From: Eledone cirrhosa
Taxonomy: Eukaryota
Direction of reading: 5' to 3'
Assembly: GCA_964016885.1 (NCBI GenBank)
Contig: OZ024746.1
Coordinates: forward strand, 5,394,001-5,458,000
DNA: 64,000 bases
The notes beneath the pieces are model-generated. The model was given only the letters and a program-made list of their open reading frames with translations, ran no database searches and was not told where the DNA came from. The position numbers were made by a program, and so were the translations under genes. Positions 1 to 12,600 of this stretch are shown here, piece after piece. Numbering within the stretch: position 1 is the first letter of the stretch; each line of letters begins with the position of its first letter.

Positions 1-34
1 ATAACTATATATATATATATATATATATACATGA

Positions 35-145
35 GAAGAAGAAGAAGAAGAAGAAGAAGAAGAAGAAGAAGAAGAAGAAGAAGAAGAAGAAGAAGAAGAA
101 GAACAACAACAACAACAACAACAACAACGACGACGATGATGACGA
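35..145 (+). repeat. Compound trinucleotide microsatellite (GAA)n-(CAA)n-(GAC/GAT)n
   Basis: Direct reading of the sequence. Confidence 0.95.
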
Positions 146-793
146 AAGTAACAACCACAAACTCAAGGATGACAAAAAAGAAAACCTCAACAACAAACAA
201 CGACTAAAACCTCGAAAGGAAGGGCTGCAACACCCAAGCAATTTAAAGACACTAACAGAAACAAGTTTTGATTTTAGTCTTGTGGTATTCGAACTTCTAT
301 ATTGTTCTATCCTTGTTAGTAATTTAATACTGATTTAATATATTTTACGCGAGAAAACTACATGGCATAATATTTATACATTAATTGTAAGTAAAGTGAG
401 AGAACATGTATTAAGACTGAGAACTGTATGGTGATCTCGGTTCAGTAATGTAGGACACACATCAAACAAACCTGAGCAATAGCAACAAAAACAAGAACAA
501 ACTGATATAAAAGTGTATCGTAGTATTTTCTAACTCAGATACTCTTCAATGTTGTATAGTTTAGTTCACTTGTTTATCTTTACAATGTGGTCTTCAAGTG
601 AGTGGGTGTCAGCTTACGGGGACTGCACCACCATTATAGACGACACTAATCAATATAAGATAATCATATGGAACATTAAGCTTTAAATAAGTGTTGAAAG
701 ATCTCAGACTATTGGAGCCATCATAAACTAGACATTTCAGAAAAGTTATAAAACCACGGTTATGAAATATATGAAATATTCTCCTTTCGTTTA

Positions 794-860
<67 letters not shown>

Positions 861-897
861 GTAAACATATATATACACACACACACACGCACATACA

Positions 898-944
<47 letters not shown>

Positions 945-1318
945 GCAGATTACGTCCATACATAATGGAACGGAATGGTTCTACGTCAGTTTTGGCGATG
1001 GGTTTTCTAGTTGTCCGTTCAATAGAATACGACGCTCGTAAAAATAATGTGCAACTGATTAAACATTCTAGAGACGTATAGCCAGGGATATTTGGTGGGA
1101 CACAATTTGAACACTTTGGACGTTTGAATTATATATTCCACCCGACAGCTTCCAAACAATTTCCGTCTATCCTTATAAAAGCTTACGTGATTTCTTATTT
1201 TCTGTGGGATTCTGCATAGAATTATATGATCAGCGAATGTTTTTGAAATTCACTGGATAGTGACTACCGATAAGGTATGTTTTTCATGGGTATGTCTCTA
1301 TTTATAAAACAAACTTTG

Positions 1319-1381
1319 TATTTTATCTGATGAAAGCGTACCAATGTGTCTTGGTACCCTTGAAATATATATAATAAAATA
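1319..1381 (+). ncRNA. Minimal type I hammerhead ribozyme, family A
   Basis: TATTTTAT-CTGATGA-AAGCGTACCA..TGGTACCCTT-GAAA-TATATA-TA-ATAAAATA: 8-bp stem I, intact core, palindromic stem III, predicted cut after 1373. Confidence 0.8.
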
Positions 1382-1492
1382 AATATGGTTTTATAAATAT
1401 AGTTTCCATTTATTGAATATCATATATGTATATATATATATATATATACAATGATATTCAATAAATGGAAACTATATTTATAAAACCATATT

Positions 1493-1555
1493 TATTTTAT
1501 TATATATATTTCAAGGGTAACAAGACACATTGGTACGCTTTCATCAGATAAAATA
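1493..1555 (-). ncRNA. Minimal type I hammerhead ribozyme, family A, inverted copy
   Basis: Reverse complement of 1319-1381 with intact core and one extra stem II mismatch. Confidence 0.75.
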
Positions 1556-1664
1556 CAAAGTTTGTTATATATATATATAAATTAAAACAAAAAACAAAAA
1601 CAATAACGAAGAGTGCAGTAAAAGGTGTTAGTATTTGGAGTGTGTGTGTGTGTGTGGGGGGGGG

Positions 1665-1700
1665 GAATCGATGTTTCGGGCATAAGCCCTTCACCAGGAG
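1665..1700 (-). ncRNA. Degenerate hammerhead-like motif
   Basis: Minus strand CTGGTGA-A-GGGC-TTAT-GCCC-GAAA-CATCGATT; core A6>G and no clean stem I. Confidence 0.4.
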
Positions 1701-1738
1701 AAAAGTGGGAAGGAAAAGAGTTCCGAGAGTGTGAGGTG

Positions 1739-1814
<76 letters not shown>

Positions 1815-2754
1815 ACGTGTGTGTGTGTGTTTAGCAGACATATTTGAGATTAGGTGTAGTGAAATATGTACTGGAGTCGAGGTGATTGAAGTAAACACCT
1901 CTACCTTGAAGGCAATGTCAGAGCTGCACTGATCTTCATTGACTGAAACCAGTAATAGGTTAAATACTAGAAGTATTCATTAGTACAAGTATATTTGTAT
2001 ATTGACATACACATATACTTCCAACATACAAGCACACACAAAAACATCCCAACACTTACGCCCATACATATACATACATACACACAAACACGCATATTTA
2101 AATATATATATGGATACAAATATGTATACATACATACATACATACATTGTCATACATATATTTACATATATGCATAAATATATCTCAATATCATATAATG
2201 TATTATAAATGATATATTAGAAGTATCATTTTTCTTGGTTGGGAAAGAAAATATTTCTGAATGAAATATCTTAAAACGTATTGAAATATTACAGTAATAT
2301 AAGAAATATGATAGGAATTATACATTTATCATTGAATCTAAAGCAAACAACATCTCTGACACCCATTAGTCCTGCTAACTATTGATTTATTATGAAGATT
2401 ATATCATCACCTAAACTGACACAGCTTGTTCGGGTAGACGTATTCTACCCTAACATATTCCGCATTACAATTGAATATTGAAGGCTTCACTGAGGTCATA
2501 CATTGATTTATGACAGAGCATCATATTTATAAGATAGTTTATACTTGTGGTGCGGGTAAGAAATATACTTTGAGATCACTTAAATATGGAATGTGCAGCT
2601 GTTCTCTTTTTAGGTTTTACCAATGTTTGTAAATGAAATTTATACACACAATCTATCGTATGTATGTATGTATGTATGTATGTATGTATGTATGTATGTA
2701 TGTATGTATGTATGTATGTATGTATGTATGTATGTATGTATGTATGTATGTATG

Positions 2755-3363
2755 TCAGGTCACCAGTTGGTGCTACTGGTAACATGTATCCCAGTACAAC
2801 CTGTCTCATGGTCGGGTCGTTGGCGACTAAACTGGCAACCCCACCAAGGTTTCTTGGTGAGGAGGGTGACTTTGGACATCCTGCAGGACTAAAAACAAAA
2901 CCTGTCAAAGGGCAAGGGAGCTCTTAAGACTCAATAGCCATCCAAAATCACCGGGAGAGATGACCCCTTAGCCTTTGTCAAGGCAGAATTCTAGGAGAAG
3001 GAAAACTCTGATATAACACCTGCAACCCTGATGGTATCCAATGATGTTGACTTGTTCTTCTTTTTGGTAAATATCATCTTGGTTAAGAGAGTGGGACTGG
3101 CTTTGTGCAGTGCCTTTGCTCACTATAAAAGCTTCACAGCACAGGCATTGCTTTATATCTGGAGATCTCTCTGCACTTGTCATCACATGGTACCATGGGC
3201 CCTGCACTATGTGTCAATAATGGTCACAAGTTTAGTCTTTGTACCAGAGTTTTCAAGTCGCTGGCTGGACTAAAAGGTCACATTCGTTCAGCGCATCGGT
3301 AGGGGTTCTCCTACATGGATATAAAGTAGTGGCCGTACTCGAAAACGAGTTGGCAGCCACCAT
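2755..3363 (+). mobile_element. Non-autonomous RTE-LINE-derived retroposon (~605 bp) with (TATG)n tail, copy 1
   Basis: Near-identical to 14068-14584 and 14613-15213; flanked by (TATG)n; C2H2-like ORF-end remnant; 3' stem-loop GTGGC..CTCG-AAAA-CGAG..GCCAC. Confidence 0.75.
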
Positions 3364-3754
3364 GTATGTATGTATGTATGTATGTATGTATGCATGTATG
3401 TATGTATGTTCTTCTGGTTTTATAATTTCACAAATTTTTACAGATATAGAGAGAGTCGGTTTCTAACATAGTTATAATACTCTCTCATTGGAATTTACAC
3501 AACATCAACTAGGTAGATATGTCTGCATGTCTGCATGTGTAGATATGGATGTTATTGTATTTGTGGATGTGGATGTTTTGAGTTGCATGTATGCATGTGT
3601 ATATCTGTACATGTGTATATGCAGTTATTAGATGCAACATTATGTATGTATGTATGTTCTTCTCGTTTTATTATTTTATAAATGTTGGCAAATACATCTT
3701 TCACTGAAGTTTCTGTCTTAAGGGTATCGTGAAAGAGCGGAGCTGCTACCTTTA

Positions 3755-3881
3755 CAGAAGAGGTAAGACCGCTGCAATAATTGTGTGAATCTCGGAGGGG
3801 AATATGTTGAATAAAATCCTTATTAACTGATTCTCCTGTAATTTCTTTTACACAAAGTCAGGAAGTCTTCAATACCTTGTA
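3755..3881 (-). mobile_element. Mariner-type MITE fragment related to 28003-28174
   Basis: Diverged reverse complement of the left half of 28003-28174. Confidence 0.6.
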
Positions 3882-4793
3882 TAGTAAAACAAATTGAGAG
3901 AACACTGCCCTGCGTTGGAATGTGATACATGGCTAAGAAACGAGTGGAACGACATTCAATCAGACAGTTCGTTTTCCAATCACAAAGTGCTGGTTTTCAA
4001 CACTACGTTGGTCCCTGCAAATAGTTATTTCTAGAATGTTACTCATATATTCTTAATTTTTAAAAATATCATTTGTACATACTTAACATTTATGTAATTA
4101 TATTATAGACATACATTTTAAAAGTATCATTGTTATCGTTAATCATTTCTATATGTCAATAATCAACGTAGACTACAGGGCTTCACTAATACAAACCATT
4201 GATTTATTTAAACGCAAATGCCTCAGTTTCTATAATGTTGATATATCCAGCAGTCCTGGTATATATGAAATACCAATGCTGGATTCCGGAGATGAAATAG
4301 TTCAACTTTATTGCTGTAATTATTAACAGGTCGGCTCCACTAGATAGAGAAATGTACAGGAGCTCTTATATTATCAAAGTATTATAATTCTAGTTGCTTA
4401 AACTTTATATGAATCTACTGTGTGAGGAACAGGGAGAGATTGGTAGAAAAAAGTTTATAACTAAAAAAAGGGGAGCCAGAGGAAATGCATATTAGGATGA
4501 GAAGTTAGGCTAGAAAAGAGCAAACGTAAATATGTAGGAGGCAGCCTATTATAAAAAAAGACAGGGGATAAGGAGTAATAGGGGAGATTAACGAGAAATA
4601 GAGAAAGCTAGAGTTAGAATCTATTGAACAAAGCTTACATCATTCAAGTGAAAAAGTGAAAGCAATTTTATTTTAATCTCTATCGGCATCTCTTTATTTG
4701 TTGACGACAATCTAGAAAAAATAAGAAAAATGTATAAAGATAAAATTATAGGATATTGAGGTCAAACTGAATAAATGGTTCGTTTCAATCGAG

Positions 4794-4856
<63 letters not shown>

Positions 4857-5210
4857 TACACAGACACACACACACACACATATATATATTTATATATATA
4901 TATGTATATATATATACACACACATATATATACATATATATATATGAATGTATATATAGTGTATTTTTCAATACACTATATTCTAATATATATATATATA
5001 TATATACATATGTGTGTGTGTGTGTGTGGGGGGGGGGGGGTGATAGTGTTGAATTGCTCTGAATATGAAATCAATTGAAGATATTCAAAGACATCAACAA
5101 TAATTTCTCAGGCTCAGCAGATATTCGTTGAAGCACGAAAAGAAATTAAAAGAAAGAGTGTTTGAGAAAAAACAAAAATTCTCTCCATTTATTATTATTA
5201 ATAATAAATA

Positions 5211-5414
5211 AAGGCAGTTGGATTGGTTGTATCGGTAGAGCGTCGGACACCATGCTTTGTGATATATATCTTTGCGGCCTTTTACATTCTGTGTTCAAAT
5301 CCCGCCTAGGTTAGCTTTGCCTTTCATCCTTACGGGGTCGATAAAATATAGTACCAGTAATACACTAGGTGTTATTTAATCGAATTTCCTCTTCCCCTCA
5401 AATCAGAAACCATT
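5211..5414 (+). mobile_element. tRNA-derived SINE
   Basis: A-box-like head, B box GTTCAAATCCC, shared core GCCTTTCATCCTTACGGGGTCGATAAAAT..GTACCAG. Confidence 0.85.
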
Positions 5415-5416
5415 CA

Positions 5417-5604
5417 GGGTGGTGGTTTTGCAGTTTTGTTAGAGAGTCGGACAAATGCTTAGCAGTGACTGTTCCAACTCGCAGAGGTCAACTTTACCTT
5501 TTACCCCCCTCGGAGTCGATAAAATAAAGTACCAGTCACGTGGTCGATATGATTGAATTCCCCTCCCACCAAAATTGATGGCCTTGTGATTAGAAAATAT
5601 TATT
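5417..5604 (+). mobile_element. tRNA-derived SINE, diverged copy
   Basis: Degenerate version of the same head, core and tail. Confidence 0.7.
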
Positions 5605-5770
5605 GTCGGACGCCATGCTTTGACGCATAGAGTTACGGCCCTTGCCATTCTGAGTTCAAATCTCGCCGAGGTTAACTTTGCCTTTCATCCTTACGGGGTC
5701 GATAAAATAAAGTACCAGTAATATACTGATATAATTGCTGGCCTTGTGCCAAAAGTAGAAACAATTATTA
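5605..5770 (+). mobile_element. tRNA-derived SINE, young subfamily, 5'-truncated
   Basis: B box, core and tail GGCCTTGTGCCAAAAGTAGAAACAATTATT. Confidence 0.9.
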
Positions 5771-5910
5771 ATAATTGTTTCTACTTTTGACACAAGGCCA
5801 GCAATTAATCCAGTATATTACTGGTACTGTATTTTATCGACCCCGTAAGGATGAAAGGCAAAGTTAACCTCATCGGGATTTGAACTCAGACCGTAAAGGG
5901 CCGTAACTCT
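5771..5910 (-). mobile_element. tRNA-derived SINE, tail-to-tail with the previous copy
   Basis: Reverse complement of the same family. Confidence 0.9.
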
Positions 5911-5918
5911 TTGCTTAA

Positions 5919-6887
5919 TCTATATATATAAAACTGTGGTTGTCTGTCTGTCTATCGATTTTTGGCACACATCTCCTCTTAGAATCTCTGACGGAATTGC
6001 ACCGAAATTGCTATACTTGTACATTGAGCCCTAGCGAAGACATCGGAAAAAAAATATTTCAAATTGACCCACCCTATGTGACGAAATCGAATATAATGTA
6101 TCGATTTTTGAGCGTAAGTTATCAGTTATTTCCCTTTGTTCTGTTTACATTGAGCGTCTTACGTAAAAAATTACGCTGGCTTTCTCAGCGTTTAAAATGA
6201 CATTAACACAATACACGAACAGTTGTCGAGCCAGCAAAATATTGACCTGCAAAATTCATCAGTTCGAACACTAAGCTTCCGTTTTGCTTCATTTCCATTT
6301 AAAAGCATTTTAAAACAATATTTTTACTTGAAAACAAGTCTATTTAAAGACTACGTAAAACAAGCAAATATTTCGTCGTTAGGCGTGCAGACAGACAGTC
6401 GTGCAGAGAGGTGATATACGCGTGCAGACAGACAGTCGTGCAGAGAGGTGATATAGGCGTGCAGACAGACAGTCGTGCAGAGAGGTGATATAGGCGTGCA
6501 GACAGACAGTCGTGCAGAGAGGTGATATAGGCGTGCAGACAGATAGTCGTGCAGAGAGGTGATATAGGCGTGCAGACAGACATAACTGATAATTTGGTTA
6601 CGCTAATGTTTTTCTCTGCGTTGCAGTGTTTACATTTTCGATCTTTGTTAATAAATAACCAGTGCAGTTTTTATCCCCAGCATCCTCTTTTGTTATAACA
6701 TTCGGGTTATCGTTATGTTTTCTTAACTTCATAAGGCATATCGTTGGTTGAGGGAATATTAATCAAAAACACCACATGCAAGTCTGCACAGTAGACACTA
6801 CAGTTTTTAAGCCAAAAAAGAAACTTAACATTGTAACTTTAACACAGCTACTGAGAGACCCCGAGCAACGCCGGGCTTTACTGCTAG
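5919..6887 (+). mobile_element. Non-autonomous Helitron
   Basis: A|TCTATATATATAAAA 5' end, subterminal hairpin CCCG-AGCAACGC-CGGG, CTAG|T 3' end, no TSD. Confidence 0.8.
6380..6582 (+). repeat. 37-bp minisatellite, ~5.5 copies, inside the Helitron
   Basis: Unit TAGGCGTGCAGACAGACAGTCGTGCAGAGAGGTGATA, near-identical copies, no spacers. Confidence 0.95.
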
Positions 6888-7616
6888 TAATACGATATAA
6901 TAGAATAGAATAATATATATCGTAATAAATATGAGAATAGGCAGATATACAGTTGGTATAATGGAGAGAAAATCGTATTCAACCGGCTCCAATGAAGACA
7001 AATGCTCCAGTTTTTAATACACAGAGTGATTAAGTGTAATTTTTCTGAGAAAAATGTACTATATTGTGTAGGTCTACCTATTCTGTTAGTGGATAACTGG
7101 AGTGAAAATATTTACAGCCTGGAAATCAAATCAAGTGTGGACATTATTCATTTGGTGCTTGGCAGTATTCTGCTCATATCATTTGGAATTTAATCACGAA
7201 TATTGAATATGGAAACCTCGTATTAATATATCTCAGTCTAGAAACATTAAAATGTAAAACATAAAAAAAAAATCTGTCTCTTGATTTCCAATTCAGTCAC
7301 AGCCGATTCTGAATACATACATTCCTTTGGGTTGATAAAATAAATACCTGTAAAGTACTGGTGTCATTTAAAAAACTACATAATTCCAGCTAAAATAAAC
7401 AAATTAGAAATAAATATTTTATTTTATATTTTCAGCAATTGCCGGAGATTTTCCTTGGCATGTTTAAATCTTATTCTGATTCTATTAAATTATGGTCAAA
7501 TCTGAAAACCATGAAATCTAGTGTTGACTTGCGTTGGTACTGGACAAATCGGTGTAATTCCAGGGTATACTTCTAGAAGATTCGATAATTTGTATCGCTT
7601 CGCTGGTACTGTATGT

Positions 7617-7694
<78 letters not shown>

Positions 7695-8218
7695 AAGGAA
7701 ACATAATTCAATCATTTTCTTGGTCATAGGCCTGTGTTTCTAATGTTGAAGCATATATAAATCATACCTAACGGCCAGGCGTTCGTTTGCAAACAAATAA
7801 AAACCAGAGAGAAAGGATTACAGAGTATTAAGCAAATCTGACCAATCATGGCGTTGTAAGAACTGCTAAAGTTTTTCTCTCTTTAAATCTATACAATCTG
7901 GAGTGTCCGACTTTCAACTTCCTAGGGTAAACATCTATCATAATAATAGGGTTTCTTTATCATAGTAACCAACGTAAATACATCGTAAATATAACGACAA
8001 GAGCCCATCGAAGAAGAAGAAGTAATTCAATTTCCTCGCGATAATATAATGATATATAAAATGACCGAGACGAAATGACATGTGACAAAATAAAGTAAGG
8101 TATATATATATTTTTAAATAAATGCATAAAAACTCCATATAGTTTCCTATGAAGAGATGTGTTTCAAGTATGTATCGCTAAATTATATACACAACGTTTC
8201 TATAACAGAGTCATACTG

Positions 8219-8312
<94 letters not shown>

Positions 8313-8469
8313 ATCTTACGTTGTCGTGTGACGCATATTTCTAGACGAATGTGCACACCATATATTGAAGTATATGTATATGCGTACACACACATACACA
8401 CATACACAAACACACACGGATACATAAAAATACACACACGCATATATATATATATATATTTATACGCAA

Positions 8470-8875
8470 ATGTGTATTTATGTATGTATAAAGTATATAT
8501 GTGTATGTATGTGTCTATGTATAAAGTGTCTATGTGTAAAGTGTATATGTGTGTGTGTCTATGTATAAAGTGTATATGTGTATGTGTCTATGTATAAAGT
8601 GTATATGTATGTATGTCTATGTGTAAAGTGTATATGTATATGTGTGTATGTATAAAGTGTATGTATGTGTCTATGTATAAGGTGTATATGTGTCTATGTA
8701 TAAAGTGTATATGTATATGTGTCTATGTGTCTATGTATAAAGTGTCTATGTCTATGTATAAAGTGTCTAAGTGTCTATGTATAAATTGTATATGTGTCTA
8801 TGTATAAGGTGTATATGTGTATGTGTGTGTCTATGTATAAAGTGTCTATGTGTCTATGTGTCCATGTATATGTGT
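8470..8875 (+). repeat. Degenerate tandem repeat (TGTCTATGTATAAAG-like)
   Basis: Recurrent motif read directly. Confidence 0.85.
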
Positions 8876-9450
8876 GAAATATTAATTACAGGGTATAATA
8901 AATAGCTGTTGGAAAGTTGTGGTGCTAGCAATACTGAGAAGTAGACAGGGAAGTAGAGAGATTTTACTCCTAATGAAAGATTAGTAAAAGTTTTAATTCA
9001 ATGTACGCCATTATCATTTTTCAGTAGGCAGTAGATAGCAAAAAAATCAATAGATTAGCGTTACTTTGTAGAGAAGAGGCCGACAAGTTTGATTCATGAC
9101 GATGATGATGCTGATGGTGTTGGGAGTGTTAATGTCGACGACGCAGACGATGACAATAATGACAAGGACGATATATAAGATTCACTGACTTTCTGTGTAT
9201 CGTCTTATGTGTTGCCATAGACAGAACATTAATTATGGGATACGAGAATACCAATAAGCTAATCAATAATGTTATGATGGTGCCTGGTTTAAGGGTTAGT
9301 GTGTTGGGTTAGGACTATGATGCGCGAACTGGTAGGTTGAGTCGAGCAATACATTACATTTCATGTCAACTCAGTTGTTGTTCCTGTAAGTGAAAGGTCG
9401 GGCCTTATCATACATTATCTCCCCCTGGATCCCTCTGGGAATTACATTAA

Positions 9451-9671
9451 CTCTTTAAGATTTACATTACTCTATATATACCATTGTATTTTCACGTTAA
9501 AGTCTTTTTCTTACATAATTTTCTCACATAATATAGAATATATGAGATTTTGGTATTATTTATTTTGTGAACAATACCTTAATATTAGTATAAGTGGCCG
9601 GTTACAGCTGGTTTGAACAGAAAGAAGTGAGAGAAGTCTGGCCGGATACAGCCGGTTTAAATGCTAAAAGG
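9451..9671. mobile_element. piggyBac-like MITE, probably nested in an old SINE remnant
   Basis: TTAA at 9447-9450 and 9672-9675; imperfect TIRs CTCTTTAAGATTTA / TAAATGCTAAAAGG. Confidence 0.55.
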
Positions 9672-12600
9672 TTAAATGCACACGTGTCTATGAAATGCCC
9701 AGCTCTTAATTTGACCTGCATAAGCTGTTCTGTTGATTGTACACGTGAAACAAAAGTCGTCTGTGAAGAAAGCTACAAGTTAACATGTGAAGTATGCAGC
9801 GGTGAACTATGTTTTCTAGAAAGTTTCCCCAAGAACTCTATACATGTCTTGTTCAGATATATTACTGATATGAACAAAAAGGACTTGGAGGATCATTGTG
9901 TATGTCATCTGTAGTAATCTCATAGAGGGTGTTTTTGTGATCTTCAGAACCATTTGATATAACGGGGTAACTGGCAAACAATAGTCTCAAGTAAAGCAGC
10001 AACAACTGGCAATTAACTTAGTATTAACACAGCTACTGCTAAATTATATTATATTATATTATATTATATCATATTATATCATATTACAAAAGGGCAGCTG
10101 AAAGATTCATAGGCTGACTATGAAGGAATGATCTTAGGTAAGGCTATGAAATCTTTAATTTTAGCTCTTGCACTAATTCCAGCCCTTCTTAGTAATAACT
10201 GCATTGTTTCTTTTCATGGCCTATCATCTTTTCAGCCGATCCACGTATTACATATATATTCTATATTCATGATTGAAACGTTTCACCATATATGGGTGGT
10301 GCCTATCAACTTGTACTCAGTGGTAAAGAGTAAATTTAAACCTGATAGGAATATAATTTATTACAAACATAGTGAAGAATGTTGTACAGCCACATATCTG
10401 GCGCTTCACATCTTTTATCACTTCACAGCCACTGCTTCGTTTAAATAGGGAACACGAATTTAGGCATTGCAAACAAATACAGAACTTCAATAAAATATTA
10501 TATGAAGAAAGAATTGTATTTTTGTTTCCCAGTATAAAAGAGTGTCTGTATAGGGAACCAGCTAGTGGACATTTAGAAGCAGCTTATGGCAATCAAGACG
10601 GAAGTGATTGAGCAGAGAATTCTATTATGAATGGATGGACACACAGTACAAAAACAACATCTGCATCAGGTGCAAGCGACGCGACCAATAGCATTCCGCT
10701 ATTATTTCTAGAATCTTCGCAGATCAGGTATCATTTCCCGATCTTCTCTTTAAAGTGTTTTCCTTGTTCAAATAATATCAGCCATGACCAGCCTGAATGA
10801 GGTCAAAATAAGCCTTTATAATATTAACGTAACTACCCACTACCTAAATGCTAAGCTGGTTTAGGATATAGTTTTGAAATGCATGTGTAATAAATTATTT
10901 GTATGAATTATTGCATACACTGTATTATTCTCATTATCAGCTGACCACTAGAACATATCCCAATTACGTGGTAACGAAAGGTTATCATATAAATAGGTTA
11001 ATATGTAGCGACATATCGATTCCTTAGGCTTCAATGGGTGAGAATTAAGATACGTAGGAGTAGAAGTCATTTGCTGATATGTTTTACAACCAAAATAACA
11101 TATTCTAGTTATTAAGGGTTATTCCCGTTTCTGAGATTTTACTGGGATAATCCAATTACAAATATTCTTATAACATGTATAGTTATATGCAGTTTGAAAA
11201 GGGTTTAAAAGTGACCCCAATTTCATCAACTCAGTTCTACACAAATCATCAGCTTCCTCATGCTTCACTCTGACTCTTCGTCCCACACAAACTAAACATA
11301 TGAATAATTTGTAAGAAGGAAATTACAAGGTTATCAGTTAAAAATTTATTACCGTATTTCCTATTGTGGGCTTTATTACGCTCGCAATTTTATTTATAGA
11401 AATTAGATGCAATGCTTTGATATGCATCTTGTAGTATATTATTAATGGTGAAAACAGCACACGCTTGTTAGCTATACTTCTCAATAGTAAATGTCCGCAA
11501 CCTCTTTAGAAGAGCGATATGTGAGAATACTGTAATTTACTGATAATTTACTGATTGAGGAGCAGATGAATCAAGTGTTACAGGTAAGCAACAGTATATA
11601 TTGTGCTGTATTATGTGCTTGCTTCGTTCACGAAATAAATGGCAGTGTGTTTGATTGGATATAAACCTTTGTCCCTGTAAATTACATTCATAAAGCAGGT
11701 GCTATATATCATCAGCTGGTAACTGGAACTCTCCGTATATAATAGTAATTCTCTAGAACCTGTAAAGTCGGTAGGGCTTTTGTTTGCAAAATATATTTTG
11801 AGTCCATCATAATGACATTTACGACTTGGTCGTTAAGTTAACATAACTGTAATTAAGTTAATTATGTAGTTACTGAGATTCATTAACTAGCATTGCTAGA
11901 TTGAAATACTTCCCTGAGAACAAAAGAGACAAGACGATTGTTTAATGTCACCTTGAATTCAATAATTACAGAAAGATAGAATTTTACATCATGACCCAAC
12001 GACACAAGTAGTTAGAAGACATGACATATATCTTCGAACAAAAAAATTATTTTATATAGTAAGAGATCCTGGAATATAGCCGATATAATCGCACCTAGAT
12101 TATTCTTAATGTCTAATTTTTCGATTCCCAATTTTGAAAATGAACACCATCAAACTCTTAAACTAATATTAGGACGCAAGTGAACATTTCTTTTAAGTCC
12201 ACATTTTAACAAGAAATCAGCCTAACGAACGTTGGGGTTTATTGCTCTTGAATCTATTCACAACTTGAAATCATTGGCAAATGAAATTGCTCAACATTGT
12301 CCAACCGAGATTCATACTTGCTTCATATATACAGGTTTTCAATGTCTTCCGTTGTTCTACGACACTTTTTTACGAATGGTACAATACAATGTACAATTTG
12401 CTCGTAAGTTATATTTAAATTCAGGTAATTAAAATAATAAACTAATGTCTTAAGGTACAACCATACGGCAACTGAAAGATCACCCGGCTATGAGATGGAT
12501 ACAGTTTAATTTTGTAGCAAACTCCAACTTTGGTTGAATCAATGAACAATATTTCTTTTTCCTCTATAAACATAATAGTATTCCCCAAGGAGACTGAATT

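Larger units (their letters stand above)
1308..1566. mobile_element. Inverted pair (~115-bp arms, (TA)n spacer) of a hammerhead-carrying short element, family A
   Basis: 1308-1423 is the near-perfect reverse complement of 1451-1566; the same family recurs at 62710-62990. Confidence 0.85.

Noticed and set aside
6380-6582. 37-bp repeat of CRISPR-like length
   Set aside because: Head-to-tail units without spacers, no cas genes, eukaryotic context
7436-7575. Short open frame after a TTTTCAG acceptor-like site
   Set aside because: No recognisable domain or clear donor
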